DNA from: Bispira polyomma
Taxonomy: Eukaryota
DNA length: 64,000 bases
NCBI GenBank assembly: GCA_965649765.1
Contig: OZ287750.1
Coordinates: 68,014,001-68,078,000, forward strand
Direction of reading: 5' to 3'
Part shown: one piece after another, positions 63,201 through 64,000 of the stretch
Layout of the letters: each line of letters begins with the position of its first letter
Numbering within the stretch: the first letter of the stretch is position 1
Notes under the pieces: model-generated
What the model saw: the letters and a program-made list of their open reading frames with translations, nothing else
Told to the model about the DNA's origin: nothing
The model's database searches: none
Translations under genes and position numbers: made by a program

Positions 63201-63522
63201 GTAAGGAAACCAGCCAAATATCCCCACATTGCAAATTTGAATAATTTTATTTGAAAATTATTATCATAAACATCTGTGACATGTTAGCATAATACCAGAT
63301 CTTCAAACATCTGTTATTTGAATCTAATTCATGTGAGAAGGGCAAGAGTAAACTAGAACAATAAGATTACATTGAAATTATTATTCTGTTTCAATCAATT
63401 GCTGTAATTTAAATAGTGGTATGTGTAAATGATTGGGCTTTTGACGAATGCATTTACCGGGGGGTAATTGCTGTACACTTTCTTATGACTAGCTTTGTCC
63501 ATAGAAGATAAGACAGAAGTGT

Positions 63523-63771
63523 TGCTCACATATAGAGTACACAGGACCTGTTTCTTATTTCAGTGCTCACATATAGAGGACACAGGACCTGTTTCTTATT
63601 TCAGTGCTCACATATAGACTACACAGGACCTGTTTCTTATTTCAGTGCTCACATATAGAGTACACAGGACCTGTTTCTTATTTCAGTGCTCACATATAGA
63701 GTACACAGGACCTGTTTCTTATTTCAGTGCTCACATATAGAGTACACAGGACCTGTTTCTTATTTCAGTGC
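63523..63771 (+). repeat. 41-bp minisatellite (6 copies + TGC, TGCTCACATATAGAGTACACAGGACCTGTTTCTTATTTCAG) ending in acceptor 63768
   Basis: Directly visible; near-identical copies. Confidence 0.98.
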
Positions 63772-63867
63772 ATCTGGCTGCCCAGTGGCAAACAAGCAAA
63801 GAATGGCCAGATCCCAAATGTTGTTAGATTGTCCGGATGAGGAGGTGCAACCAGTCACACTGACTAG
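63769..63867 (+). CDS. MYT1L: MYT1-family exon, end of zinc finger 6 (SASGCPVANKQRMARSQMLLDCPDEEVQPVTLT); gene continues beyond window
   Basis: tttcag acceptor (last unit of 41-bp array), AG|gtaaga donor; ASGCP completes the finger. Confidence 0.92.
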
Positions 63868-64000
63868 GTAAGATAGCTCACAGAATCCTACCTTATGCTG
63901 ACTACAGTCTATATAGTATATATCAGAGAGTATATTATGAGGAGACCACAGTCTATAGAGTCTATACCAGAGAGCAGATTATCTCTGTCACCGAGTGAGT

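Overview
AT-rich eukaryotic (invertebrate, probably lophotrochozoan/mollusc-like; inference from repeat types) genomic DNA. Two intron-containing + strand genes lie in tandem. (1) The 3' half of EIPR1/TSSC1 (WD40; exons 2151-2250, 4327-4463, 5274-5441, 15209-15361, 16833-17007 stop). (2) Most of a MYT1/MYT1L/ST18-family C2HC zinc-finger gene (six fingers visible, a 4.7-kb exon, continuing past the window end). Introns hold nested MITEs, Helitron/Helentron-like elements carrying ~147-157 bp satellites, LINE and SINE fragments. The most striking unexplained pattern is that nearly every non-TE intronic minisatellite (25-54 bp units, mutually unrelated sequences) is an amplified copy of an exon-intron junction. 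The functional acceptor is the last unit, or the functional donor the first unit, and up to ~43 decoy splice sites are stacked beside it. Applying that rule points to further candidate exons: a spliced 61-aa upstream ORF and an 11-nt microexon. A recursive-splice-like exon and an internal alternative first exon were found separately. All gene models are read by eye from splice consensus, phase and remembered protein similarity; none is transcript-verified.
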